A stretch of DNA of 64,000 nt from Deltaproteobacteria bacterium (GTDB lineage Bacteria > Desulfobacterota > DSM-4660 > Desulfatiglandales > B25-G16). The stretch's first letter is position 1. Each line of letters starts with the position of its first letter. The stretch lies in assembly GCA_020349945.1 (NCBI GenBank), contig CP070704.1, positions 1,993,749 to 2,057,748 of the forward strand, written 5' to 3'. Below, one piece after another: positions 51,410-60,329 of the stretch. Below the pieces are notes generated by a model. That model was not told the DNA's origin. It saw only the letters and a program-made list of their open reading frames with translations, and made no database searches. Made by a program: the position numbers and the translations under genes.

Positions 51410-51580
51410 GTCAGTCCAGCTCGCGTGGCCTGAAGCCCGCTGAATGAGCGCGCACCGATACTGGTGGATGTTTGGTATTGGATGAAGAAGTGAGAATCTT
51501 GAGGACCGCCCCTTTATCGAGCACTAAGAGGAGTTTCTTATAATTCAGAGAGAGTCCAGGCCCACTGATTAATAAAGGGT

Positions 51581-51798
51581 TTACAGTTCCTCATGATATT
51601 TAAATGACACATTTATCCTGGCCCTGTAGCCTGTGACCTTACCATCCTCAATTGTCAATGCCAGCCTTGTAATCTCGCAATTCTTAAATCCTTGAGGCTC
51701 TTTGAAGCTGTTTCAATTGCGTTTTTTGCAGCATCTTCCGTTACCCCTTTTACATTCTCAATCTTTGGAAATGTCCTTTGTTTTAATGACCCTCCCGC
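51581..51798 (-). pseudogene. Dodecin (flavin-storage) gene remnant: no start codon and one frameshift
   Basis: One frame reads ...TFPKIENVKGVTEDAAKNAIETASKSLKDLRIA. After a 1-nt shift near 51675-51678 it continues EITRLALTIEDGKVTGYRARINVSFKYHEEL* (stop at 51581-51583). Joined, these align along the whole ~68-aa dodecin fold (VYK.IE.VG.S....DA...AI..A.K.L..L.W.E......I..G.V..YQV.L.V.F...E). Confidence 0.5.
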
Positions 51799-51915
51799 TC
51801 ACTAAGTGGAGGAGCACTCCGCAATTGCTGAAGCATATTCCACGCGCTGAAGCTGTTGTTACAGGCTGGTTGTACTCTTGTTGCTTGAACGATTCAACAA
51901 TTTGGTGACACGAGC

Positions 51916-53295
51916 TTATATGTCTTTTATAACATTCACTAGAATTTCTGTTGCCTTTTCTAGATATTTTCTCGTGATGGTCAAGGGCGGCATAAAACGC
52001 AAGACATTTCCATAGCGGCCACAAGGGACCATTATTATGCCTCGATTAAGCATTCCGAATATCACCTTGCCCATTGAATCACCGTCAAGCGGTTCTTTAG
52101 TCTCTTTGTCTTTAACCAGTTCAATGCCGATCATCAGACCTCTGCCACGGACATCCCCGATATACGGAGACTCTTTAGAGCCCTTTAGAAGTCTACCCTT
52201 TGTCTCTTCACCCACCTGACCAGCCCTTCTTATTAGGTCGGAGTCATTCTCGGTTAGTATATCAATATTGGTCATGCAGGCTGCAGCGGAAAGGGCGTTG
52301 CCTGCAAAGGTGTTGGGCTGTGAACTATCCGGAATTTTATCAGCCAGATGATCTCTAAAGGTTACGCCAGCCATTGGCAAATCACCACCCATGCCCTTAC
52401 CCCACGTTAGCATGTCAGGCACCACACCGCTATGCTCAATGGACCACATTTTTCCAGTACGCCCCGTCCCTGCCTGAACTTCATCTGCAATGAACAAGGC
52501 CCCATGTTTCTCGCAGGCCTCCTTCAATATCCTCAAGAATTCCGGTGGCGGAGCCAGATAACCGCCTTCTCCTTGTTGTGGCTCAACGATGAGGGCGGCC
52601 ACATCATCAGCGGCGGTATAAGGGGTATTGAGCACATAGTCAACATATTTACCGCACTGCACCCCGCAGCTTGGATACTCCATATTGAAACAACAGCGAT
52701 AGCAATAGGCGTATGGTAGGTGTATGACCCCCGTCATGAAAGGTCCATACCCCTGCCGGTATTGATCCCCCGTGGTCAGGGACCCGGAACCGCACCACAC
52801 ACCATGGTAAGCACCATGGAAAGCAACAATTTGGGATCTACCGGTCATGCGGCGGGCAAATTTTATGGCTGTTTCCAGCGCGCTGCTTCCGCCCTGGGTA
52901 AAGTAACTGACACAATGACCACCTAGTCCCTCGGGCATAATACTGGATACCTTTTCGGCAAGTTCGATACGACGGGTATTGGTTATATCGATGGCGTGCA
53001 TTAACTTTCCCAGTTGCTCCTCTATGGCCTTAACCACCCTTGGATGTCGGCGCCCTACGGCATTCACGGCCACCCCAGCCGTTATATCAATATAGAGGTT
53101 GCCGTCGGGATCTTTAACCGTGGCGCCCTTACCCTGATCAAAAACGCACGGAAATCTCCCGGCGCCTCGAGCCATTGATTCATATTTGAGAGAGTCTCCA
53201 AGTGCCTTTTGTGTTTTGGGACCAGGGACCTTATCCGTTACCATCTTTGGTGCGTCTGGATACGATAACTTCGCCAGTTCCTCTTCTGAAATCAT
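51916..53295 (-). CDS. Class-III (omega) aminotransferase (GABA/acetylornithine-AT family)
   Basis: FTQGGSSALE, LIVEPQQGEGG, FIADEVQAGTGRTGKMW, and the PLP-Lys region LTWGKGMGGDLP. Confidence 0.85.
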   Translation of the reverse strand: MISEEELAKLSYPDAPKMVTDKVPGPKTQKALGDSLKYESMARGAGRFPCVFDQGKGATVKDPDGNLYIDITAGVAVNAVGRRHPRVVKAIEEQLGKLMHAIDITNTRRIELAEKVSSIMPEGLGGHCVSYFTQGGSSALETAIKFARRMTGRSQIVAFHGAYHGVWCGSGSLTTGDQYRQGYGPFMTGVIHLPYAYCYRCCFNMEYPSCGVQCGKYVDYVLNTPYTAADDVAALIVEPQQGEGGYLAPPPEFLRILKEACEKHGALFIADEVQAGTGRTGKMWSIEHSGVVPDMLTWGKGMGGDLPMAGVTFRDHLADKIPDSSQPNTFAGNALSAAACMTNIDILTENDSDLIRRAGQVGEETKGRLLKGSKESPYIGDVRGRGLMIGIELVKDKETKEPLDGDSMGKVIFGMLNRGIIMVPCGRYGNVLRFMPPLTITRKYLEKATEILVNVIKDI

Positions 53296-53365
53296 AGTTC
53301 TCCCTCCTGTCTTACGTATGGTTTAAGTTTGTATTGGCTGTCTATTCAAAGACATCATCTTTGAC

Positions 53366-55081
53366 CTAGAATTCATACACACTGTCTATCTCATCCTCCG
53401 GAACATCAAACACATTTCCGGACGGCGGCAGTGGTTCCTCTAAAAAGAATTTCGGTAAGCGGTCATCCTTCCTGGTAAAGCCAACCGCATCATTGAACTT
53501 CTTTTCTGCCTGCAACACGGACGTACCCAGCTTGGTTAAATAATCCTCATCGAGAGGTTTGCCCTGTATTGCTGATACAGATGATACAAGGTGCCCCTGT
53601 AACTCAGGAATGTCAAGGGCAGGAAGGGAAGCAAAAAGACAGAGGCCAAGACTGTCTATGGCGGCAAAATAGGTTTGTAGAAACCTTGAGACAGGCCCCT
53701 GACCAGTTGGAGCGGTGGGATTGTATTCCGGATTTGCTGGACTTGGAAGGGCATTACCACAGGTATGGTCAGCCCCCATGGTGGAGGTTGCATAAGTTGT
53801 TCCCGTGCCTTTCAGCCCCCGCGGATCATAAGCAGCCAAACATTGACCCTTGACATGGGGAATCCTACCTACCCCCAGCCTCTCTCCCGTGAACTTGCAT
53901 CCATTTCCAATCATCACTCCCCTGTCTGTCTGTTTCCCAATCTCTTTCACAAGACTCAGGGCGCCTTCTCCATCTCCCCATGCCAACAATCCTGCATCCA
54001 TGGTAACTGCTATTGCTCCCCCAGTATCCATCGTGTCTACCCCGACATCATTGCAGAGGCGGTTCATATGCGCAATGATGTCAATGTCATCAATCATACA
54101 GTTGGAACCCATCAATCCGATCGTCTCAAACTCAAGGCCCGAAACGATCATTTCCCCCTCTTCGTCTGTAAAGATGTTAGAGCAATTGAGAATACAGCCG
54201 CTCATGCACCGATGTTCCGATTTAGCATCAGGTCGCTTTTTCATCAGCTCGGCTATATACTCACCTGAGATCTTTTCAGCCCCCTCAAACCTGCCTAAAG
54301 AGTAGTTTTTCGTCGCCAAACATCCTAGGGCGTCGCCAATTATATTCACGAGCGAAGCCGTTCCTAACTCCTTCATCAGGCCCGTCAATGGATGTACAAA
54401 TATGCCTTTTGAGAGTGCTGCAGCCGACTCTTTGAGCTTGGCCCTATCCTTTATTTCTACAGCAGCAGCTCTTTGGTCATCGATAACCACCGCTTTGAGA
54501 TTCTTAGAGCCCATCGCTGCGCCCAATCCCCCCCTTGAGGCCATCCTTATGTGAAAATCAGGTGTCGTAACCGCCACAGAAGATGCTCTCAGCTTCATTT
54601 CGCCAGCTGGCCCGATGGAGATAATTGCGATATTATCCCCAAATTCCCCCTTTAGTTCTCTGATCAGCCTATAGTTGCCGAGTCCTTTCGAGTTGGCGGC
54701 AGGAAGAAACGTCACCCCGTTTCTGTCTATTTTCAATGAGGTGAGCTCTTTTGCCATGCCTTCCACAACCACAGCCTGTATCCCAAGTCTCGCAAGTTTT
54801 TGGGCAGCAGTGCCTCCAGAATTTGCCTCTTTAATACTGTTAGTCAAAGGGCTCTTCGCGCCAACAGACAATCTCCCGTTATTTGGGACGGAGGTGCCGG
54901 CAAGGATTCCCGCAGCAAAAATCAATTTGTTCTCCGGCCCGAGGGGATCGGCCGCTGGAGGAACTTCCTCGCTTATTATCTGCGAGGTCAACCCCCTCCC
55001 TCCCAAATTCGCATAATGGGAAGAGATATCCTCCAACTTGTATTGAAGGCTCTCCATGTCAACTCTTAGTATTTTCTTCAT
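53366..55081 (-). CDS. aor: Aldehyde:ferredoxin oxidoreductase (tungstopterin AOR family)
   Basis: LGGRGLTSQII, DPLGPENKLIFAAGILAGT, GRLSVGAKSPLT, and the Cys-rich FeS region EHRCMSGCILNC. Start refined to ATG 55081 (AAAGGAGAAAG upstream). The ORF-track start would overlap dctM. Confidence 0.85.
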   Translation of the reverse strand: MKKILRVDMESLQYKLEDISSHYANLGGRGLTSQIISEEVPPAADPLGPENKLIFAAGILAGTSVPNNGRLSVGAKSPLTNSIKEANSGGTAAQKLARLGIQAVVVEGMAKELTSLKIDRNGVTFLPAANSKGLGNYRLIRELKGEFGDNIAIISIGPAGEMKLRASSVAVTTPDFHIRMASRGGLGAAMGSKNLKAVVIDDQRAAAVEIKDRAKLKESAAALSKGIFVHPLTGLMKELGTASLVNIIGDALGCLATKNYSLGRFEGAEKISGEYIAELMKKRPDAKSEHRCMSGCILNCSNIFTDEEGEMIVSGLEFETIGLMGSNCMIDDIDIIAHMNRLCNDVGVDTMDTGGAIAVTMDAGLLAWGDGEGALSLVKEIGKQTDRGVMIGNGCKFTGERLGVGRIPHVKGQCLAAYDPRGLKGTGTTYATSTMGADHTCGNALPSPANPEYNPTAPTGQGPVSRFLQTYFAAIDSLGLCLFASLPALDIPELQGHLVSSVSAIQGKPLDEDYLTKLGTSVLQAEKKFNDAVGFTRKDDRLPKFFLEEPLPPSGNVFDVPEDEIDSVYEF

Positions 55082-55179
55082 CGTCTTTCTCCTTTCGCAG
55101 AATATCTTGCCTTTGCCAAGGCCCTTTTGTATCGGATTTACAATCCTCTTTGATGACTGATCACAGTGTGTGCTTCCAA

Positions 55180-56481
55180 TCAAAACATCTTCCCAGGAAG
55201 CCACAGAGCTATCTTAGGGAATATCATAGCAATTACGAGAACGAGCAGCTGCATTGCCACAAATGGAGGTACTGATTGCCAGATGTCCCGCGTGGTTACT
55301 TCTGGTGGAGCAACACCCTTCAGTAAGATTAGGGCCCAGCCAAATGGAGGTGTCAGGTAAGCGACCTGCATGTTCAGGATAAAGACGATAGAAAACCATA
55401 TAGCGTCGAAACCCAGAAGGATGGCAATGGGCACAAAGATTGGAGCGCATATGGTAATCACGGCATAATCATCCATGAACATGCCAAATAAAAGGAGTAT
55501 GATCTGCATCGTCGCAAGTATGACCCAGCGATTAACGGGGACTTTTTCTACTATCTCCATGACCATGCCCTGAGCCCCCGCACTGGTATATACGACACCG
55601 AAAAGTGTGGCTGCGACCAGGATCCACAAGGCCATACCGCTAATCTTCATGGTCTCAAGGCATGAATCGATGACTACCCTCCAGGTCAGCCTACCATAAA
55701 GAATACAGATCAGAAAGCTGCCAAAGGCTCCCACACCGGCAGCCTCTGTAGGCGTGGCAATCCCAAAGAAGATTGACCCCAACACCGTAACAATCAAAAA
55801 AGAAGGAAAGATGATATCCTTGAGTGAGGTCCACCTAAGCCTCCAGGTGGGCTTCTCAGCCGTCCCAGGTGCCAGATGCGGCTGAAGATAACTTCTTATC
55901 AGTATGTACAGCATGTAAAGAAACGCGCATAAAAACCCGGGAACAGCACCTGCAAAGAAGAGCTTCCCTACTGAGACCCGTGCGATATAGGCAAAAACGA
56001 TCATGATGATGCTGGGTGGGATAATACATCCCAGAACGCCTCCGGCCATTACGCTCCCCAATGCGAGGGATTTATCGTAAGATCTTTCAAGCATGGCAGG
56101 TACTGCGATAAGCCCCATGGTCAGGATACCGGGTCCGAATCCTCCACACATAGCGAGCGCAACACAAACTCCAACTGAGACGATTGCCAGGCCGCCCCTC
56201 AGGCCTGAAAGCCAGTAATTGAGTGCACGAAAGAGACGGTCGGATATACCTGAATGTACAAGGAAGTTCCCCATGAGAAGGAACAGGGGAATGGTAATAA
56301 GGCTGGGGTCCGTTATCTCCCTGTAGGTGGTGGTGGCAACGACGAATAAGTCCTTGGCACCCCCTAATAAAAAAGAGATGATTACGCTGATGCATCCGAG
56401 CGCAAAGGCAACGGGCACGCCTATGGCTAAAAGGAAAAGAAGACCGCCAAATAAAAGAACCGTTACCAACTCAATACTCAT
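55180..56481 (-). CDS. dctM: TRAP transporter large permease subunit
   Basis: 433 aa, about 12 TM segments, and typical DctM N-terminal blocks (LLFLLAIGVPVAFALG...). Confidence 0.85.
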   Translation of the reverse strand: MSIELVTVLLFGGLLFLLAIGVPVAFALGCISVIISFLLGGAKDLFVVATTTYREITDPSLITIPLFLLMGNFLVHSGISDRLFRALNYWLSGLRGGLAIVSVGVCVALAMCGGFGPGILTMGLIAVPAMLERSYDKSLALGSVMAGGVLGCIIPPSIIMIVFAYIARVSVGKLFFAGAVPGFLCAFLYMLYILIRSYLQPHLAPGTAEKPTWRLRWTSLKDIIFPSFLIVTVLGSIFFGIATPTEAAGVGAFGSFLICILYGRLTWRVVIDSCLETMKISGMALWILVAATLFGVVYTSAGAQGMVMEIVEKVPVNRWVILATMQIILLLFGMFMDDYAVITICAPIFVPIAILLGFDAIWFSIVFILNMQVAYLTPPFGWALILLKGVAPPEVTTRDIWQSVPPFVAMQLLVLVIAMIFPKIALWLPGKMF

Positions 56482-56560
56482 GAGATCCTCGTGCTCCAGT
56501 GTGCAAATGCGAATTGTTAGAAGACCGCCAGCTGGTCAATAAGGCCTACAAAAAGGTCAT

Positions 56561-57055
56561 TCAGTCTTCTTTGTTCTTTCGAAAAAGAACGACGATCCCT
56601 TGAAGTAGGAACAGAAAGGCGCCTATGGGTATGAGTAACTTGAAGGGGTATAAGGGGATGCTAAATGCTCCGCTAGCCCTTTCTCTGGCCATCAGTGCAT
56701 TCCAACCCATCCAGCCTCCCTGCCAGATCAACACGCCCAGGAATGAAATCAAGGCCGCTAATGCAAATAGCCTTGCCACCGATCTGATCTTGGGAGGAAA
56801 GTGGTCATGAAGTATCTCGATCCTGATATGCAGCCTTCTTGACATGGTATAGGCACCCGCCACGAGTATGAAAAGACCAAAAATCTGTCTGTTAAGGGGC
56901 CATGCCCAGACGGTCGGGTAGTTAAAAGCATACCTTGCAACAACCTCGGCTGTGGTGATGCACATCATAATAAAAACCAGAATACTTGCGGGTTTGCTTA
57001 TCTTCGCAGTGATAGCATCAACCAGATTGAAAAGAACCCCAGTTCCTTTAGCCAT
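56561..57055 (-). CDS. dctQ: TRAP transporter small permease subunit
   Basis: About 165 aa with 4 TM segments, positioned between the dctP and dctM genes. The start is either ATG 57055 or GTG 57091. Confidence 0.75.
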   Translation of the reverse strand: MAKGTGVLFNLVDAITAKISKPASILVFIMMCITTAEVVARYAFNYPTVWAWPLNRQIFGLFILVAGAYTMSRRLHIRIEILHDHFPPKIRSVARLFALAALISFLGVLIWQGGWMGWNALMARERASGAFSIPLYPFKLLIPIGAFLFLLQGIVVLFRKNKED

Positions 57056-57176
57056 CTTTATCTGAACTCCTTTCCTCGATGATCCTCCCACCTCTTAGAT
57101 GTGTCAGGAGGGGGTAAAATTCACCCCCTCCCGGTCAAATCCTCGAAGATGTATAAATAACCTCATGTTTGTCTGG

Positions 57177-58238
57177 TTACTTTATCCCTCTCCATTCCTT
57201 AATCAATTGAATTGCCTTTGCGCATGCTGCATCCTTATGGGCTAGCTCATCCCATAGCGTATAAGCTGCCTCGGCATGTTTGTCTATACAATCCTGATCC
57301 AGCCAGACCTCGATGACTTTGCCCCCTTTTACCATATCCCTGACTATTTTCATCTCCTTGTCATAGGCATCAATGGTAATTTTCCAGTAATCCTCAGCAG
57401 CACCCCTGAGAGCTTCCTTAAGATCAGCAGGCAGGGAATTCCACGTTTTCATGTTTACTAATATATGCCCAACGGCGGTGTCATTACCCTCACCCCGGAT
57501 CCAGTATGGGGCTACCTCATGCCATTTTAGACCGGTTATGCAGCTCACATCCCACTGAGAGGCATCAAGGCTGCCTAGCTTTAATCCCATATAGGTGTCT
57601 TCTGGAGCCACGGAAGTCGTCCCACGAGCACCCACCATGTTGTGCCATTTGGTCCAGATCCCTTCATCCCTTATTTTCACTCCCTTCAGATCCTCGCAGG
57701 TTCTGATGGGCTTTGTCGCGACCACAAAGGGAACCAAGCCATAGGTGTGAATCTCAAGCCAGTGGAGACCGTGTTTGCCGTATTCCTCAAGGAGTATATC
57801 CGCGAATCCCCTTTCAAAAAAGAATTTGCGAATTATTTCCGCAGCCTCCGGATAGGATCGTGCTTCAGGAACCTTGAACCCATAGGGTATGCCAAACTCG
57901 ATCTCGCCAACAGGGACTATTCCTCCCCAAAATGTGCCGGCGGCGTGCAGCATATCCAAGGTACCTCTCTGGGTGGCCTCAAACAGCTGTTCAAATGTAA
58001 CTATCTCTGGCGCGGCAAAAACTGCAATCTTCAGTCGACCATTGCTTCTTTTGTCCGCGGCGGCAGCAAAATCCTTTAATAGTTCCATGGATAGGTCTCC
58101 ACGAGGATAAGCGGATTGTATCTTCAATCGGAACACCTCTGGATCGGCTGCAGATGTTGTACTAACGATCAATAAAGAAACAGCTACTATAGCAGCCAGT
58201 ATTACTGGTCCTAATAGAAATAATTTTTGCCTTTCCAT
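57177..58238 (-). CDS. dctP: TRAP transporter substrate-binding protein (DctP type)
   Basis: A signal peptide, 353 aa, and a position 5' of dctQM. DctP-family-like pattern (...RLKIAVF.A.E......L.EA...G.LDM...). Confidence 0.75.
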   Translation of the reverse strand: MERQKLFLLGPVILAAIVAVSLLIVSTTSAADPEVFRLKIQSAYPRGDLSMELLKDFAAAADKRSNGRLKIAVFAAPEIVTFEQLFEATQRGTLDMLHAAGTFWGGIVPVGEIEFGIPYGFKVPEARSYPEAAEIIRKFFFERGFADILLEEYGKHGLHWLEIHTYGLVPFVVATKPIRTCEDLKGVKIRDEGIWTKWHNMVGARGTTSVAPEDTYMGLKLGSLDASQWDVSCITGLKWHEVAPYWIRGEGNDTAVGHILVNMKTWNSLPADLKEALRGAAEDYWKITIDAYDKEMKIVRDMVKGGKVIEVWLDQDCIDKHAEAAYTLWDELAHKDAACAKAIQLIKEWRGIK

Positions 58239-58477
58239 GTTCCTCCCTCCTTTCTTAAGACGTTAGTCTCAAACTTTCTGCTATCCTCTCATATGTCACC
58301 TCCTTCCATATTATTAGCTCAAGGGGCTTAAGGCCAAGGCCATTTCCTTAACCCTTTAGCATAAAGTTTGGTCCAGATTATATTCTGAACCTAGATTGAC
58401 CAAAGAACTTCATCACATTGCTTTATAAAGGAAAGAGCAGTTGATTGCAATACCCTTAATAAGAAAAGACGGCTTTT

Positions 58478-58648
58478 CCAAAGTTCGAGAGGTGTGAAAT
58501 ATGGGTCCAGGCCATCTGTTGCTGCTTTGTAAGTAAGTTTGCCTTGGTAAACGTTAACCGCCGTTCCTAATGATTCATTTTCTTGTATCGCCTGCACAGA
58601 ACAAGTTCTACCAGCCTTAAGACATATGGTACATTGGATTAGTGAGTG
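58478..58648 (-). pseudogene. C-terminal remnant of alanine dehydrogenase
   Basis: The open frame reads ...CLKAGRTCSVQAIQENESLGTAVNVYQGKLTYKAATDGLDPYFTPLELW..., which resembles the Ald C-terminus (...A....N.AL..G.N...G.LTY.AVA..LG..Y.P.E). Nothing Ald-like lies upstream. Confidence 0.4.
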
Positions 58649-58765
58649 CTAACGTCGAAGCACGCCCTACACAGCATGTCTTCTTGTAGCTATTGGATAG
58701 TTGTCGCATAGGGAAGATATGCTGTTCTTGTGTGAGGTCAACGTCCACAAACTATTTCTCCTTAT

Positions 58766-60028
58766 TTATGTGGCCTCCACTATTGCACAGATGCCTTGTC
58801 CACCCCCGCCACAAATGGTCACCAATCCATACCAAGACCCGCGCCTTCTCATCTCATGGAGTAACGTTACCAATCTCATGGCACCAGTAGCAGCGATGGG
58901 GTGACCAAGAGAGATGCCAGAACCGTTTACATTGATCTTTTTGTCAAAATCTTCCTGCCTGATCCCTATCATCCTGGCATCGGCCAACGCCTGCACAGCA
59001 AATGCCTCTTGCATCTCAATGAGGTCCATTTGATCTATCGTGACCCCAGCCTTCTTCAGGGCCTTGTCCACAGAGGCAGGTACTGCAGGATAGGTGAGTG
59101 CTGGGTCAGTGCCTGCGATAGAGCAGGATCTGAAATAACCCATCGGTTTAAGGCCCAGTTCGCTGGCCTTCGTCTCGGTCATTAATACAACCACAGCTGC
59201 ACCATCGTTCTCAGTAGATGAATTGCCAGCAGTACACACGCCATCAGGGTACACAGGGGATAATTTGGCAAGTTTTTCTAAGGTCGTATCTCGCCGGGGT
59301 GTTTCATCGGTATCAAAGATCAATAGCTCCCCTTTCCTTTGTGGGATCGGAACCGGAACAATTTCTTGGCTGAATTTTCCAGAGTCTATGGCAGCAATAG
59401 AATTCTGGTGGCTTCGCAGCGCCCATTCATCAGCTTCCTGGCGTGAGATATGTTCTTTTTTGGCTGCTGTTTCAGCCCAGCTCATCATGGAGTTGAGTTC
59501 ACCAAACCTCTCGGTGGGCTGAGACATAACCCTCGCACGCTGTATCCTGTCGTAAAGCGGTATTCCCCACATAGAAAGGGCGCCATGCCCCTTTGGCATA
59601 AAACCCCATTTTTCATCGACTGTTCCTCCCAATCCCCACTTGATATGGCCCGGAATATATAGTTCTGCCTGGCTCATGCTATCCATTCCACCGGCAGCGA
59701 TAATATCTGCGTTGCCAGTTTGAATTTTCATGACACCGAAGAAAACAGCGTCTAAGCCGGAACAACAGCGACGGTCCAGTGTTACACCTGGGACTTCAGG
59801 AGGCCATCCAGCTTCAAGAAGGGCCATGCGGGCACCATTTGCGCACTCACCATTTTGGTAAGACTGGCCCATAATCACATCATCTACCCACGAGGGGTCA
59901 ATTTCAGCCCTTTTGACTGCTTCATTCAGAACCAGGCTGGTGAATTTGTATACCGGAATATCCCGCAGAGAGCCACCATACCTCCCGATAGGTGTGCGTA
60001 CCCCACTAACAATAACAACGTTTTTCAT
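58766..60028 (-). CDS. Thiolase (acetyl-CoA C-acyltransferase family)
   Basis: VVIVSGVRTPIGRYGGSL, the active-site Cys region RRCCSGLDA, a C-terminal NVNGSGISLGHPIAATG, and ICGGGGQG. Confidence 0.85.
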   Translation of the reverse strand: MKNVVIVSGVRTPIGRYGGSLRDIPVYKFTSLVLNEAVKRAEIDPSWVDDVIMGQSYQNGECANGARMALLEAGWPPEVPGVTLDRRCCSGLDAVFFGVMKIQTGNADIIAAGGMDSMSQAELYIPGHIKWGLGGTVDEKWGFMPKGHGALSMWGIPLYDRIQRARVMSQPTERFGELNSMMSWAETAAKKEHISRQEADEWALRSHQNSIAAIDSGKFSQEIVPVPIPQRKGELLIFDTDETPRRDTTLEKLAKLSPVYPDGVCTAGNSSTENDGAAVVVLMTETKASELGLKPMGYFRSCSIAGTDPALTYPAVPASVDKALKKAGVTIDQMDLIEMQEAFAVQALADARMIGIRQEDFDKKINVNGSGISLGHPIAATGAMRLVTLLHEMRRRGSWYGLVTICGGGGQGICAIVEAT

Positions 60029-60329
60029 CTCAGTTTCCCTTGCTTCAGGTTAGTCGTTTACTTTTACTTGTGAGTGTCCCCGCCTTGCTTATCTTGACAT
60101 TCAGAGTCCACTTATGCAATACTCCGGCCTTTGCTATAAACCATCAGCTAAGATGCTGGTCAAGGTCCCCACAAGAGTACCTCCTTAAGATGGGGTAGGG
60201 TAACCCCGAATATCAGGAGCAAGGATTCCGCCGAAGACTTTAGGAGATTACCATATGCCCCTGTGGGAATTCAAATACCATGTTGTGTAGTGTGTGAGGT
60301 TCGAGTGAGGATTTTGAAAGGAGCAGAGA

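Noticed and set aside
51410-51580. A purine riboswitch upstream of adenine deaminase
   Set aside because: The leader contains a GC-rich patch but lacks the conserved junction sequences (…TATAAT…GGATATGG…CCGTAAAT-like) that I would expect.
60029-60329. A Moco riboswitch, or a sigma-54 promoter served by the NtrC-type regulator, upstream of the Mo/W enzyme
   Set aside because: I found no convincing match to the Moco motif core as I recall it, and no TGGCAC-N5-TTGC element. Only a weak sigma-70-like TTGACA (about 60094) is present.
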